Shown: piece after piece, positions 1-9,018 of the stretch
Layout: each line of letters starts with the position of its first letter
How positions within the stretch are numbered: the stretch's first letter is position 1
Source: an uncultured Ruminococcus sp.
GTDB lineage: Bacteria; Bacillota; Clostridia; Oscillospirales; CAG-272
NCBI GenBank assembly: GCA_964494135.1
Contig: CAZBQN010000005.1
Span: 934-64,933, forward strand
Reading direction: 5' to 3'
Length of the DNA: 64,000 bases
Translations under genes and position numbers: made by a program
The notes under the pieces: generated by a model
What the model was told of the DNA's origin: nothing
Database searches by the model: none
Seen by the model: the letters and a program-made list of their open reading frames with translations, nothing else

Positions 1-363
1 TTCCTTCGTGACAACCAAACGGCAATCGGGATATGCGGTCGCAAGCTCTGTCTTAAAAGCAGGGCCCTTCATCTTGTTTGACGGCGCGCCGTTTTTAATC
101 CCCTGTTTCTCGTATACGTCCAAAATTGCGGGAAGCAGCGGATCATCCTCTCTGAGAATTAAGGCGTGGTCAAAGTTCTTCAAAACCGACCAGGCGGTCT
201 TTTGTATTTCATTGCAAGGGAACACCATATTTACGCCCGGTTCAACGCTGTCTTCAACCTCGATAGTCAATTCGCCCGTATGACCGTGCAAATATTGAGC
301 TTCGCCCTTGAAGCCGTAAAATCTGTGGGCATACTGCAAATCCAATTTTGTAATGCTTCTCAT
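1..363 (-). CDS. QueD/PTPS-like (COG0720) protein, N-terminal part; runs off the left edge of the window
   Basis: Not in the ORF track. Manual translation from ATG at 363 (RBS AAAGGAG): MRSITKLDLQYAHRFYGFKGEAQYLHGHTGELTIEV...FDHALIL, carrying the AH...LHGH and DH motifs of the family. Confidence 0.75.
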   Translation of the reverse strand, partial: MRSITKLDLQYAHRFYGFKGEAQYLHGHTGELTIEVEDSVEPGVNMVFPCNEIQKTAWSVLKNFDHALILREDDPLLPAILDVYEKQGIKNGAPSNKMKGPAFKTELATAYPDCRLVVTKE

Positions 364-387
364 AATCCTTCTCCTTTAATTATATAT

Positions 388-798
388 TTACAGGCTTTTC
401 GGCCCGCATTTATCCGATACGGTTTTTTTATCACACTCACCGTCAGCCCGACAATCGGGACAAAGGTAATACACCTTTAAATCGTAAAACAAAAAGTCCT
501 GACCCAGCTGATTTTTAAGTGATGAGGTAATATCGTCGAATGAAATATCCGTCAGCTTTCCGCAACGGTTGCAAACCAGATGGTCGTGCTTACAGACAGC
601 GTCATATCTGTCAGGCATTCCCTCAATGGATATTTTGCGAACAAGCCCCGCCTCGGTAAGCTTGTTTAAGTTGTTATATACCGTCGCACGCACGACACGT
701 GGCATAATACTCCTCAGACGATCGTATATTTCGCCGGCACTGAGATGCTCGCGGCTTGCCGTAACTATTTCGTAAACGGCTCTTTCATATTTTGTCAT
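388..798 (-). CDS. Fur-family regulator, PerR-like
   Basis: HLSAGEIY, ATVYNNL and HDHLVCNRCG...CPDC (two CxxC). The H/D/H/H/D ligand set matches PerR-type proteins. Confidence 0.85.
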   Translation of the reverse strand: MTKYERAVYEIVTASREHLSAGEIYDRLRSIMPRVVRATVYNNLNKLTEAGLVRKISIEGMPDRYDAVCKHDHLVCNRCGKLTDISFDDITSSLKNQLGQDFLFYDLKVYYLCPDCRADGECDKKTVSDKCGPKSL

Positions 799-811
799 TT
801 CAATAGTCCTA

Positions 812-848
812 AATTAGAATAATTCTAATTATATTATAATCATTTTAA
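812..848. promoter_or_regulatory. Two tandem PerR-type boxes
   Basis: Perfect palindrome AATTAGAAT-A-ATTCTAATT (812-830) and TTATAATCATTTTAA (834-848). The PerR consensus is TTATAATnATTATAA. Confidence 0.7.
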
Positions 849-860
849 ATTTTTTGTCAA
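833..860 (-). promoter_or_regulatory. sigma-A promoter of the perR-like/queD-like unit
   Basis: TTGACA-N16-TATAAT on the minus strand. Confidence 0.65.
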
Positions 861-966
861 TAGTAAATCGAAAAAACTGTCGGATTTTCAAAAAGGCGTA
901 TCAAGCTTCTCTTGCAGAAAGCTTTTCATAGGATATTGACTTCAAAGTCAAAAACGCGCAAAGGAT

Positions 967-1006
967 AAGGGCGAAGACGCTGTATAAACAACACCCTCGC
1001 CCCTTT
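967..1006 (-). terminator. Probable intrinsic terminator after GH89 and the small peptide
   Basis: GGGCGA...TCGCCC stem with an inner GU-rich stem, followed by TTATCCTTT. Confidence 0.5.
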
Positions 1007-1072
1007 TTGACGGATATAACGGTTATATCCCGACCAAAGCAGTCTTTTCTCGCTCCCTCTCGGAGCCTTCAA

Positions 1073-1192
1073 TCAGTATATGAAAATATGCTCGTCGGTT
1101 TCAATCGGCTCCCCCGAGGAGGTAATGATATCCGTTTTGAAATCGATGGTCGCAATGACCGTCGCCTCCGGCGCCTCGTATTTTTTATCCAT
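1073..1192 (-). CDS. 39-aa peptide MDKKYEAPEATVIATIDFKTDIITSSGEPIETDEHIFIY
   Basis: Manual translation. ATG lies 4 nt after the GH89 stop, its RBS (AGGAGAG) is inside the last GH89 codons, and a terminator follows. Confidence 0.75.
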   Translation of the reverse strand: MDKKYEAPEATVIATIDFKTDIITSSGEPIETDEHIFIY

Positions 1193-1196
1193 AATC

Positions 1197-4100
1197 TTAC
1201 TCTCCTCTGCCGTTGTAATTCGATACGCTCGCTCCGTAGTTGTATATCGCTTTCAGAAGCTCAAGCATATCCGACGGTTCACCGTTCTGTTTGGCATACA
1301 GATAGGAATTGACCGAATAGGTAAGCGACTGTCCTGTCTGCACTCCGTTAATATAGAATTCGGCTGTTATTTCCTTATCGAATTCAGCGGCGGCAATCCC
1401 CTGAATATATATTCTGTAACAGTCGCCCTGAGAGACGAAGGAGTCCTGACCGTATTCTATCTCTCTGCCGTTTATCCGCACCTTAACGGTAAGGTTATCG
1501 GTGCTTGTGCAACAGAAGCTCAAATAAACCGCTGTTGGATATTCCAAACGCAGTCCGGCACCTCGCCAGTAAACCGACTCGTTTTTCTCGCCGACAATGG
1601 ACTGCTTATTATACTCATCGCCGAGAGTCTCGAAGCTGCTCGGCTTAAGAAGCTCGCCCAAGCCATCCGTTGCAAGATTTTCGGTATTATATCCGGAGAC
1701 TGTCTGTGCCTTTGCTCCGTAAACCAGAAGGTCGGATAAGAGCGTTATGAGAAGCTCATCCGTGCTGTTTTTCAGTTGATACTCGCAGTATTCTCTGACG
1801 CTGTACCCGTCTTTCACAACCTTGACCTCTTCGCCGCCGTAGGTTGCGCAAAGAGTGGCTGTAATATTATCTCGGAACTGCTGAGGAAGAACACCGGACA
1901 GGATAAACGATGAGGTATGGTCGCCATTTTCTTTGCCGTAAACTTTAGTTGTCATACCGTTGCACTCAAAAAGCATATATACGTTCTCGTATCCGTCCGG
2001 AACGACGGCGGTATAGACGATATTAACGTCGTCCTTTATCAAGAGCGCGGCACTCTGAAGCTTGAACTCATAGGCAAGTCCTGCTGCCGCCTGCTGTAAG
2101 AAATACTCCGCGCTCGAAAGAGCAAAGGCGTTGGAATTTACGGAAGACAGCACCCTCTCGGCGTAGCCGACGGCGTTTTCAAATTCTTTTGCGCTCTCGG
2201 CGGTGTAATTATACCTGTTGTAGCCCGCCGTCAAGTCCGTCAGCGAGCCCTTCAGCGTTTCTCTGCCGGTGCTGAAGCTCTCATCCTTAGGCGAGCCGTA
2301 AACCCTCAGCTCGTTGACGTGGAACGCCGTGTTTCTTGAATGATACGTGCCTACCAACTTGACGTACCTTGCGTACATACCCGACACGGGGTAATCTATG
2401 CCTTCCGCCACGGGCTCTGAATTATCGGTCTTCTCCCCTGCGAGCACCCAGTTCTCGCCGTCGGCACTTACGTAGATTTCGTACTTATAGTACCGACCCG
2501 TGTCGACGTAATTTACAATATTTATTTTCTTAATATCGTAAAGTTCGCCTAAATCTACGGTGATATACGGACGAAGCTCGGGAGTATTTGCCAGCCTGTT
2601 CCAGGTGTCGTCGACTGACTCTCCGGTAAGCTTCGGAACATCTCCGCAGTCCCAGTAACTGCCGTTGCCCGCGTTTCCGTCCACCGCAAGGTTGCCTGTG
2701 CGCCAGGAATTTGAGCCGCTGACCGTAGTGTCCTTGCCCTGAGAAATCAGCGATCCTATCAAAGAGCCGTAAGCCTCCAGCTCTCTTATATGAATCTGAT
2801 TGTTGCTGGTCTGGTTGCTGCCCGTTCCCACAACCTTAATATAGCGCGCCTCGGTGGACGGCAAGGACGTAGGATTGCCTGATATGGTAGCGACGTCGTC
2901 CGTGTCTTTCGAATATGCCAAGGTATACGTAACGTTATCAAGGCTGGTGTAAACCTCATAGTGATACCAGCGCACGCCGTTGTTGTAGGTTATGACGTTA
3001 ATTTGCGTCAGTGCGTATATGTCACCCAGGTCAATTGTAATATACTTTTCCACATCGGCTGTGTCTGCGGAATCCCAAAGCGTACTCGTGCTTCCGTCGT
3101 TAACTTTGTTTGAACCGCTCGAATAGTTTGTACCTACGACCGGCTTGTTCAGCGCGATATTCGAAAGCTCCTCGGGCAGGAAGCACTCGGATAAAACTTT
3201 AGCGCACGCCTCGGCAAGAAAGGCGGGAGAAGAGTTCGGTATTCTCGTATATTCGGGAGAATTGATGACCCACTTCCAACAGAGGCGGAAGTAATCCGAA
3301 ACGGTTTTCGCCGCGTAAGCCTCTCCGCCTTCCAGCTCAGCCTCCAGCCCGTCAAGATAATTCTGCCATCTTGGCAGGTAAATATCGGTTAACATTCCCG
3401 AATAGTGGCGGCGTGAATAATCGAGAAGGGCGCCGGTAGTTGCGGCATCGTAGCCTCCCCAGGTCGTAACCAAAGCCTTTGCGTTGATGACGAACATATC
3501 GTAGGTGAAGTCGTCGTACTTTTCCGCCCAGTCCTCAGCCTTACCTATCCATTCGCCGACCAAAAGATCCTTCTGCGTGCTCTGTATAAGGTCGCAGACG
3601 TAAAAGGCACTCAAAAAGCTCTCCTTACATTTTTTGAAAGCGGCGGCGTCGCCCGAGCTATAGGCCTCCATCATCGTTTTGTAAATCGAAAGCGTATAAT
3701 TGTTTATAATCTGCCGCACAATCTCGGCTATATCGTAGCGATAGCCCTCGCTCTCACAGAGAGCCGTGTAGTCCGCAAGAAGAAGCTCTAACGCATCTTC
3801 AAGAACCGTCTCGTTGTAAGGAATATTCTGCACGGTTGCTTTTTCGGGGATACGCTCCATAACGTAGGGACGGTTTCCGGTATTACTGTACACCGTCTTG
3901 AGAAGAAGCTTCCATGCCTCAATTGCTTTTGCGGAGGCGGTACCGTAACGGCGGAGAATATAGCTCTCTATCCAGGAGTTAAGGTTAAAGCTTCCCAGCG
4001 ACTCCCTGTCCTCCCACACAAGAGATAGGAACAGGTCGTAGACGACGGGGTTATCGTAGGTTGCCTCGGAAATAATGCCGATACCCGTCATATACTCCGC

Positions 4101-6407
4101 AGTATCGAGAGCCTCTTTGACGGCATTTACCGTTCTTTGAAGGTCCCAGTCGAGAGAGGGGTTGGCACCGTAGTTTTTCAATAGACACCATACCCAGGGC
4201 GTGCCGTCAAATTCTATTGCTTCAAGTTCGGTAGCACCGTAATTTGCGCCGTAATCGGTTTTACACCATCTGTTTTTATATATCGCGGTCAGGTCAAGCA
4301 CAACAGCGGGCTTTTCCGCAAGACCGTTTTCCGTACAGTATTCTTCAATACCGGTAAGCAATTCCTGCGTCGGATTTTGCTGCCAGGACTGAATTACCCA
4401 TACCGCCTCGCTGTCGTATGAAAGAAGCGAGGAGAGCACTTCCTTTGCAATGACGTTTTCGCCCAGGTCACCGGGTCTTATTCCGCCCTCGTGGAAGGGG
4501 TCGACCGCATAATAATGTGAGTTCTTTCCGAATGCCCATTCCTGACACTGATAGAAGACAGCCGCATATTCGTCATAAGCGTCGTTGTCAGTGCGAATGA
4601 TGCCGGGACGCTGATGTCCGCACCAGATGCCCTGCTTGAGAATTTCCGCGCCGGGCTGATAGTCGGAGAAGTCGGTGGGCACCATGCCTGCATAGCCCTG
4701 AAGTACCGTCTGAATTCCGAGCGAGCTCTTCCACCTCTGTGTTTTTCTCGCCATCTCCAGTCTGTCCTCTATCCATCCGTCGTGGACGGCACCGCCGTAG
4801 CTCTCCATATTGCCCATAAACTGCCATCCGTAGTAGGCAGGTCCCGTGAGCCAGTTTTTAGCGGCGTCAAAGGAATAACCGTAGCTCATAAGAAACTTCA
4901 CCCACACGGCTTCCTGTCCCGCAAGATCGAGCACGACGTTAACGCCGTTCAGGGCGAGCCAGTCGTTTTCTCTTTGGAAGTCCTCTTCATCGAAGAAAGC
5001 AAAGGTGTATTCGGTAGTGCAGTAGTTCACCGCATAGCGCACCTTATAGGGCGTTTCCTTCCTGACCGCAGTACCTATCTTTTGAACGGAGCCCGGCATT
5101 TTCGTCTGCCGTATCTGCTCGGAAATATGGACGTTGCAGTAGTTTTTATAATAGTAATTAAGACCTGAGGCAAGGCTGACGCCGTTGTTTCCCTTTATGA
5201 GAATTTTTCCGTCTGCGGTATCAGACAGCTCGTAGTAATCATTACCGCTTGCGGCTTCCTCCGAGAGCTCGAAAACAAACCAGTCGCGGTACTGTGCGCC
5301 GACGGTTCTTTCCACAATTCCGTATACGTTCTCCAGCGTTTCAGCCTCAGTAATCGGTGCGCTGTAAACGGAGTCAGCGAAAGATGTCAAATTAAGAATA
5401 TCCTCTATGCCGCCGTCGCGCAGGCTCTCTTTGTTGTTACCCGTTGCCGTGCCGTGTATGCGTATTTCAGAGAGAATTGCCTTTCCGCTGTCGCTGGCAT
5501 ATTCTATGCTGACACGGATAAAACGACAGGTATTGCCCGACAGGTCGGCTGTGTTTCCCTCGCTCCTTGAAGGAGTATCGTCTCTTTTCTTATACAGTCT
5601 CCGGTAGTTCTCACCGTCCGTGCTTCCGTATATGGAATAATAGTAATAAATGCCCTCATTTGCAAGAGGAAAGTAAAGCTGTGCATCCGACAACTCGTAG
5701 TTCTCCTCTAAGTCAATGTCTATGTAAGCAGGATAGTAAGCTCCCTGCCATGCTGTCGAATTCGCACCGTCCACCGCGTTTTGTGCAGTGTCCTTACCGG
5801 AATTGGCAGTCACGGGCTTATTGTAAGCGATATTTGAGGTTTCCTCGCCTTCCGCAGGCTCTTTGTAATTGGGATCCTCGTATCCGAACACCCGAAATTC
5901 ACTCATGTGTACCGAAGCGTTTTTCGTATTCTTTGTCATTCTCACGTATATGTACCTTATATTCAAGGGAGTCTCGAAAGTGTAACTGTCTCCCGTGGTA
6001 GTAGAGGGGTCATCATTCTTTTTCTCCCCCACAAAGCAAAGGCTGTTCTTATCCGGTCCTGCGTAAATCTCGTACTGATACGCTCTGCCGTCGTTGTTAT
6101 AATTGAGAGGGAAAGCAACCAGCTCCGAGACTATGCACCCCCGTCCCAGGTCTATCATAAACCAACCGGGCGCCACGCCTCCGTCCCAGAAATTAGTAGT
6201 TGAGCCGTCGATTATTCTGTCGAGGTTTGTTCCTGACCCCTCTACCGTTACCATACTGTTTGCACTCTTCAACGCCACGTTGGTAATCTCGGGCGTATCC
6301 GCCGCCGAGGCAATCAGTACCCCTGACACAAGCAGCATCAAAGAGCACAAAATCCCCGTAAGCAGGATTACAGTAATTTTGGAAAACGTTTTTTTCCGAA
6401 CTTCCAT
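1197..6407 (-). CDS. Secreted multimodular alpha-N-acetylglucosaminidase (GH89) with four F5/8 type C (CBM32-like) domains and a tandem C-terminal domain
   Basis: Signal peptide. GH89 motifs RYAVNYCT, ENDWLALNG, GWQFMGNM, VDPFHEG, WCLLKNYG and ISEATYDN. Four discoidin-like repeats (ITIDLG...RYIKV...ELE). Confidence 0.88.
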   Translation of the reverse strand: MEVRKKTFSKITVILLTGILCSLMLLVSGVLIASAADTPEITNVALKSANSMVTVEGSGTNLDRIIDGSTTNFWDGGVAPGWFMIDLGRGCIVSELVAFPLNYNNDGRAYQYEIYAGPDKNSLCFVGEKKNDDPSTTTGDSYTFETPLNIRYIYVRMTKNTKNASVHMSEFRVFGYEDPNYKEPAEGEETSNIAYNKPVTANSGKDTAQNAVDGANSTAWQGAYYPAYIDIDLEENYELSDAQLYFPLANEGIYYYYSIYGSTDGENYRRLYKKRDDTPSRSEGNTADLSGNTCRFIRVSIEYASDSGKAILSEIRIHGTATGNNKESLRDGGIEDILNLTSFADSVYSAPITEAETLENVYGIVERTVGAQYRDWFVFELSEEAASGNDYYELSDTADGKILIKGNNGVSLASGLNYYYKNYCNVHISEQIRQTKMPGSVQKIGTAVRKETPYKVRYAVNYCTTEYTFAFFDEEDFQRENDWLALNGVNVVLDLAGQEAVWVKFLMSYGYSFDAAKNWLTGPAYYGWQFMGNMESYGGAVHDGWIEDRLEMARKTQRWKSSLGIQTVLQGYAGMVPTDFSDYQPGAEILKQGIWCGHQRPGIIRTDNDAYDEYAAVFYQCQEWAFGKNSHYYAVDPFHEGGIRPGDLGENVIAKEVLSSLLSYDSEAVWVIQSWQQNPTQELLTGIEEYCTENGLAEKPAVVLDLTAIYKNRWCKTDYGANYGATELEAIEFDGTPWVWCLLKNYGANPSLDWDLQRTVNAVKEALDTAEYMTGIGIISEATYDNPVVYDLFLSLVWEDRESLGSFNLNSWIESYILRRYGTASAKAIEAWKLLLKTVYSNTGNRPYVMERIPEKATVQNIPYNETVLEDALELLLADYTALCESEGYRYDIAEIVRQIINNYTLSIYKTMMEAYSSGDAAAFKKCKESFLSAFYVCDLIQSTQKDLLVGEWIGKAEDWAEKYDDFTYDMFVINAKALVTTWGGYDAATTGALLDYSRRHYSGMLTDIYLPRWQNYLDGLEAELEGGEAYAAKTVSDYFRLCWKWVINSPEYTRIPNSSPAFLAEACAKVLSECFLPEELSNIALNKPVVGTNYSSGSNKVNDGSTSTLWDSADTADVEKYITIDLGDIYALTQINVITYNNGVRWYHYEVYTSLDNVTYTLAYSKDTDDVATISGNPTSLPSTEARYIKVVGTGSNQTSNNQIHIRELEAYGSLIGSLISQGKDTTVSGSNSWRTGNLAVDGNAGNGSYWDCGDVPKLTGESVDDTWNRLANTPELRPYITVDLGELYDIKKINIVNYVDTGRYYKYEIYVSADGENWVLAGEKTDNSEPVAEGIDYPVSGMYARYVKLVGTYHSRNTAFHVNELRVYGSPKDESFSTGRETLKGSLTDLTAGYNRYNYTAESAKEFENAVGYAERVLSSVNSNAFALSSAEYFLQQAAAGLAYEFKLQSAALLIKDDVNIVYTAVVPDGYENVYMLFECNGMTTKVYGKENGDHTSSFILSGVLPQQFRDNITATLCATYGGEEVKVVKDGYSVREYCEYQLKNSTDELLITLLSDLLVYGAKAQTVSGYNTENLATDGLGELLKPSSFETLGDEYNKQSIVGEKNESVYWRGAGLRLEYPTAVYLSFCCTSTDNLTVKVRINGREIEYGQDSFVSQGDCYRIYIQGIAAAEFDKEITAEFYINGVQTGQSLTYSVNSYLYAKQNGEPSDMLELLKAIYNYGASVSNYNGRGE

Positions 6408-6568
6408 TTCTCTGATTTCCTCCTTTGTAAAAAAGCCTTAAAGAAGCGTTTGATTATCTGTCAAGTTTTCTTGACAATCTCCCATTATTATGATACACTA
6501 TTGACAAATTCTAATCAACCAACTATTTCACGGTTTTTTTGCATTATTCAACTGATAAGGAGTGAAAA

Positions 6569-7441
6569 ATGAAATCTTTTGGGTATTATTCTTCTGCGAA
6601 CTCCAATAGGCAAAGCCTTATAAATTGGTCTGATTCCGAGCGGCTTGACGTCCCCTTGTTTGTCAACTGCTCCGGCATAATAAGCAGAAGAGCCGGGTTC
6701 ACTACCTACAATCCCTGCGGACGCAGCGACTACTATCTTATCTACGTCGTCCGTGGCACGCTTCACATACCTGTCGGAGAAGAAGAAAAGGAGGCGCCGG
6801 ACGGCAGCGTTATCATTTTCCCGCCTCACTATAAATACAAGTACACCTTCCGCGGGAGCGAGGACGGGCTTCTGTACTACTGGGCGCATTTCACGGGAGG
6901 CAGAATTGAGAAGTTTCTTTCCAACCTTCATCTGCACCCCTTGCCCCTCTTGGTAAACATCGGCTACAGAGAACGGATCTCGGAGGATTTCGACCGCATC
7001 TTCAATGCCTACGTCAAGGATGATGCCTTTCGCGACGCGGAAATTGCCTGCACCTTCGGCAACATTCTGACCGCTGTCGCCCAAAACATTGCAGGCGCGG
7101 ACAAGAAGGGGAAGCTCAGCAAATCCCTGACTTATATTCATCTGCACTATCACGAAAAAATCAAAGTGGAACAGCTGGCGACAATCGAATGCCTGAGCGT
7201 ATCAAGATACAACGAAGTTTTCAAACAGTCTGTCGGAGAGCCTCCGATGTCATATATCGTCAGCCTGAGGCTGAAAAACGCCTGCACTCTGCTCGCCACC
7301 ACAAATCTGCCGATTGGAAAGATTGCTGAAACCGTCGGAATTCCGGACGTGCACTTTTTCTCAAAGATTTTCAAGAAAAACATCGGTATGTCTCCGTCGG
7401 AGTATAAAAACAGACAGCCGCATAACGATATAACCGAGTAG
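6569..7441 (+). CDS. AraC-family transcriptional regulator
   Basis: Cupin-like N-terminus. C-terminal double HTH (LRLKNACTLL...IAETVG...HFFSKIFKKNIGMSPSEYK). Divergent from GH89. Confidence 0.92.
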   Translation: MKSFGYYSSANSNRQSLINWSDSERLDVPLFVNCSGIISRRAGFTTYNPCGRSDYYLIYVVRGTLHIPVGEEEKEAPDGSVIIFPPHYKYKYTFRGSEDGLLYYWAHFTGGRIEKFLSNLHLHPLPLLVNIGYRERISEDFDRIFNAYVKDDAFRDAEIACTFGNILTAVAQNIAGADKKGKLSKSLTYIHLHYHEKIKVEQLATIECLSVSRYNEVFKQSVGEPPMSYIVSLRLKNACTLLATTNLPIGKIAETVGIPDVHFFSKIFKKNIGMSPSEYKNRQPHNDITE

Positions 7442-7475
7442 CCGTATTCACGCCGCAAGCTGTCCGAATAAAAAG

Positions 7476-7531
7476 ATCTATTTGGAAAATTTACAAATCT
7501 ATTTGGAAAAATTATTGACTTATTTGAAAAA
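7476..7531 (+). repeat. Three 14-bp direct repeats at 21-bp period overlapping a promoter
   Basis: ATCTATTTGGAAAA at 7476 and 7497, ACTTATTTGAAAAA at 7518. Confidence 0.8.
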
Positions 7532-7543
7532 ATGTGATAATAT
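7515..7543 (+). promoter_or_regulatory. sigma-A promoter with extended -10
   Basis: TTGACT-N17-TAATAT, preceded by TGn. Confidence 0.6.
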
Positions 7544-7593
7544 ATTTGTACTTATTCGTACAATCCTATTTTATTGAGGAGGAAGTCACTGTA

Positions 7594-8628
7594 ATGAAAG
7601 TTTTTAATCAAGAAAAAGTAAAAAATTATATTTTGCGTCTGATCAAAAACGGAAGACGGGATTACGTTAAGTCTACGGTCGAGTCGTTTAACATCAGCAG
7701 ATCCAGTGTATATAACTACATTAAACAAATGGAACAGGACGGTTTAATTGAAAAAAAGGATAATTCTTACGTTCTTCGAACAAGCATATATCACTATTCC
7801 TTCAAAAACGATGGAACGTTAGGCGAAGACCGCATTTTCAGTCAATTTATATCACAGCATATACAATTCGCAAAAAACGTGAACTCCATATGGAATTACG
7901 CGTTTACCGAAATGATGAACAATGCAATCGAACACTCGGAAGCAGAGAATATTTCCGTCGGCATTTTTCAAAATTATCTTGAGACACAAATAATTATTAT
8001 CGATGACGGTATTGGAATTTTCAAGAACATTCAAAGATTTATGAAGGAGAACAAAAACGAAACCGTTCCACTCGGGGAATGCGTATCGCTTTTGTTTGCA
8101 GGGAAGTTTACCACAGCAAAACAATTTCACACGGGTGAGGGTATTTTCTTTACTTCGCATATTATGGATGAATTCGTTATTTATTCCGACAACAATTTTT
8201 TCACCAGAAACAATTTTACGTCCGCACAAATAGAGGACAGTAATTTGCACGGCTTTATGAAGATGGAAAAGGGTACGGTTGTCAAAATGACGCTGGGTAA
8301 CAGCTCGAGAAAGGTACTGTCCGAGGTTTTTAATACCTTTGCACCCGCCGACGAAGGATTTACAAAAACGTCTATACCCGTGGCTCATATGTTTTCAGGC
8401 GGCAATCCGGTATCGCGTTCAGAAGCAAGACGGTTATTGGAATGTACAGTTCTCTTTAATGATATCGATTTGGATTTCTCCGGCGTGGAGGAAATAGGGC
8501 AAGGATTTGCTCACGAGCTGTTCGTTGTCGGAAAACAAAAATATCCCCACATCAATTTGAGAACCAAAAACACCTGCAAGGCGGTTGAGGATATGATAAA
8601 GCGTGTCATAAATACTTCAACTCTATGA
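7594..8628 (+). CDS. HTH + HATPase_c + STAS-like (DUF4325-type) protein
   Basis: Start moved to ATG 7594 (RBS GAGGAGG). wHTH (ISRSSVYNYIKQM), EMMNNAIEHS / DDGIGIF / GEGIFF, and C-terminal SRSEARRL...DFSGVEEIGQGFAHELF. Visibly AT-rich. Confidence 0.75.
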   Translation: MKVFNQEKVKNYILRLIKNGRRDYVKSTVESFNISRSSVYNYIKQMEQDGLIEKKDNSYVLRTSIYHYSFKNDGTLGEDRIFSQFISQHIQFAKNVNSIWNYAFTEMMNNAIEHSEAENISVGIFQNYLETQIIIIDDGIGIFKNIQRFMKENKNETVPLGECVSLLFAGKFTTAKQFHTGEGIFFTSHIMDEFVIYSDNNFFTRNNFTSAQIEDSNLHGFMKMEKGTVVKMTLGNSSRKVLSEVFNTFAPADEGFTKTSIPVAHMFSGGNPVSRSEARRLLECTVLFNDIDLDFSGVEEIGQGFAHELFVVGKQKYPHINLRTKNTCKAVEDMIKRVINTSTL

Positions 8629-8913
8629 TTTTTTCATTCCAATTATAATATTGTCAAAATATGAAGTAAGTTATCAACGCTAAAAGGCAATCGATAATTT
8701 GAGAGTAATCAATTTTACTAATCTACAAATCATCACAAACTTTTCGGGTGTCTGTAAGTATATCGATGCCGCCGTAAAAGCCTCCCTCCAAGAGGGAGCC
8801 CGAGTGCCATATGCAATCTTGATTGCATGGCGCACAGCCCCTACGGTACATACTGTGAGTAGAAAAGTGTAAAAATACGCAACCCCATTCATCTCAGCCT
8901 TAAAGCCGAGGAA

Positions 8914-8943
8914 CCCCGACAGAACTTCAAAAATCTGTCGGGG
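8914..8943. terminator. Hairpin between convergent genes (end of the dapL operon)
   Basis: CCCCGACAGA / TCTGTCGGGG perfect 10-bp stem. Confidence 0.6.
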
Positions 8944-9018
8944 CTAATTCTTTATTTATTGCGGAGCAAAAGGCGCGCGGCAGATTTCCGACCGGAAGAA
9001 CTGTAAGCCGACGGAAGC

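Noticed and set aside
8680-8892. 70-aa minus-strand ORF
   Set aside because: No RBS or motif, and it crosses hairpin-rich intergenic DNA.
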